A stretch of 63,043 nucleotides of DNA, counting the filler, from Jimgerdemannia flammicorona (Eukaryota): assembly GCA_003990765.1 (NCBI GenBank). It is 3 parts of 3 records of this genome, joined end to end, with 100 filler letters (N's around TTAATTAATTAA, not from the genome) between each part and the next. Parts side by side here need not be neighbours in the genome. Positions count along the whole stretch, not along the records: positions 42,103 to 63,043 come from RBNJ01001563.1; 2 more parts are not named here. One strand, given 5' to 3'. The translations under genes were made by a program, and so were the position numbers. Positions 61,609 to 63,043 of this stretch are shown piece after piece. Numbering within the stretch: position 1 is the first letter of the stretch; each line of letters opens with the position of its first letter. The notes under the pieces are model-generated. The model was not told where the DNA came from and ran no database searches. It saw nothing but the letters and a program-made list of their open reading frames with translations.

Positions 61609-63043
61609 TCCCCTCTGCTCTACTTCTAGTATCTGCTAAGTAATCTCCTGCAGCTTAGTCACCAAGATCTTTATCACTAGCTTGCAGTCTATGTCTAGAA
61701 GCATGTTTGGCTGTCAGTTCTTCCAATCTTCTCTTCTTCCCTTATCCTTATAGAGCAAGGAGACTAGCCCTAGGTGCTAGCCCCCAATTCAAGTTTCAGA
61801 TTGAAGAATCTCATCACACATCACTGTCATCTCCTCCAATACCACCTCCACCCCAGTCATCTTCTTCCAAAAATCCCAGAGAAGCCCATCCTCTCCTAGA
61901 GCTGTCTCCTTACTTGTTGAAGCCAAGATCTTATATACTTCCTCTCCCTGCACTGGGTCTCCTAGCATTTCCAGATCCAGAGCTGGGTCTGGATACCAAT
62001 TCTCTAACTACTGTTCAATGTTCAGAGCATCTTTCCCTCCTTCTTCATCACTCCATAGATTCTTCCAAGGAGTCCTCAGCAATCCTAAGATCTTAGAAGT
62101 CTCTGCCACCATCACCCTATCCTTATCCAAAATACCATCCCACTGCTGTCTGATCCTCTGAGCTCAGAGTAACTGTGAAAGAAATCTAGTGGGTCTCTCC
62201 TCTTTCTCTAACCCCTACCACCACAACCTTGCCACTATCCCCTTTAGCTAAATCTCTTCCTCTATTCATAACACTTTCTTTAACTCATTGACTTCTTTTT
62301 GTATCTACATAATCTGCCAATTGTCTACCCCCTAATCCTCCAACAACTCTGCCCACCTCTCCAGAAGTACCACTAATCTTTGTGAAGCCCATAGTACTTG
62401 CTGCTGCTACTGAACACTCCTTCCTTTTCCTGCCTCCCTCCAGTACCTCTGAGCACTCAATTTCAGCCACCACCAGTGATCTCCAATTACCAATTCCTAT
62501 TCCTACTACCTACCAATCTTCATAATAACTTCCTCCTCCTAGTCTATTCATAAGGAACTATCCTCCAACAGAAAAGAATTCAGTTACCAATATCCAGATC
62601 TATCTCTACTTTTCTCAAATCTCCCACTTCCTATCAGACCCCAGTAATCTGACCAAGGATACCAAACTACCTCCAACATATCCTAGACATTTACTCTCCA
62701 GTACTTTGCCATCAATACTCAGTCAATTCTGGAACCCAGCCCTATCACCCAGTGAGTATAAATTTAGCACTCTACCCAAAACTATCACTCTGAGTCAACC
62801 AAGGAGCTCAACCTCTCAATCTCTATCCAATTATCCAACCCACTACTTCTGCCTCTCATTTCTCTCTCACTATCAGTCCTGTCTATCTCATTATCATATA
62901 CTATATTGAAATCACCCCCCAGGCAATCGATCCCTGCCTTACTCATAATACCAGCCTCTCTCAAGTCTCTGATCTAATCTATATGTTTTCCCCTCTTAGC
63001 TGGACAATAATATGACCCAATAGTTAAAGGGTTCTACCCAGGC
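61609..63043 (-). mobile_element. LINE ORF2 fragment (endonuclease end to RT start)
   Basis: Reverse-complement homology to about 9845-11235. Confidence 0.8.

Overview
Eukaryotic, almost certainly fungal, repeat-rich DNA with no recognisable host housekeeping gene. The window is three unrelated pieces of about 20.95 kb (1-20952, 21053-42002, 42103-63043) joined by artificial 100-nt spacers (44 N + TTAATTAATTAA + 44 N). Nearly everything is nested, transition-riddled transposons: two Ty3/Gypsy families, Ty1/Copia remnants, L1/Tx1-like LINEs, two families of endonuclease-lacking Penelope-like elements (PLEs), a hAT transposon and hAT-type MITEs. Highlights: (1) the hAT element appears to carry a decayed TET/JBP-like 2OG-Fe(II) dioxygenase gene; (2) both Gypsy families encode a 320-365 aa protein wholly inside unusually long LTRs, and the two proteins look homologous; one family also has an in-frame dUTPase between gag and protease; (3) both PLE families share an ORF1 with CX2CX8WHX4-5C knuckles, a -1 slippery site into RT, and inverted duplications centred on a 5' pLTR stem-loop, one forming a ~9 kb head-to-head dimer. 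All protein calls are by eye, and most ORFs are pseudogenised.
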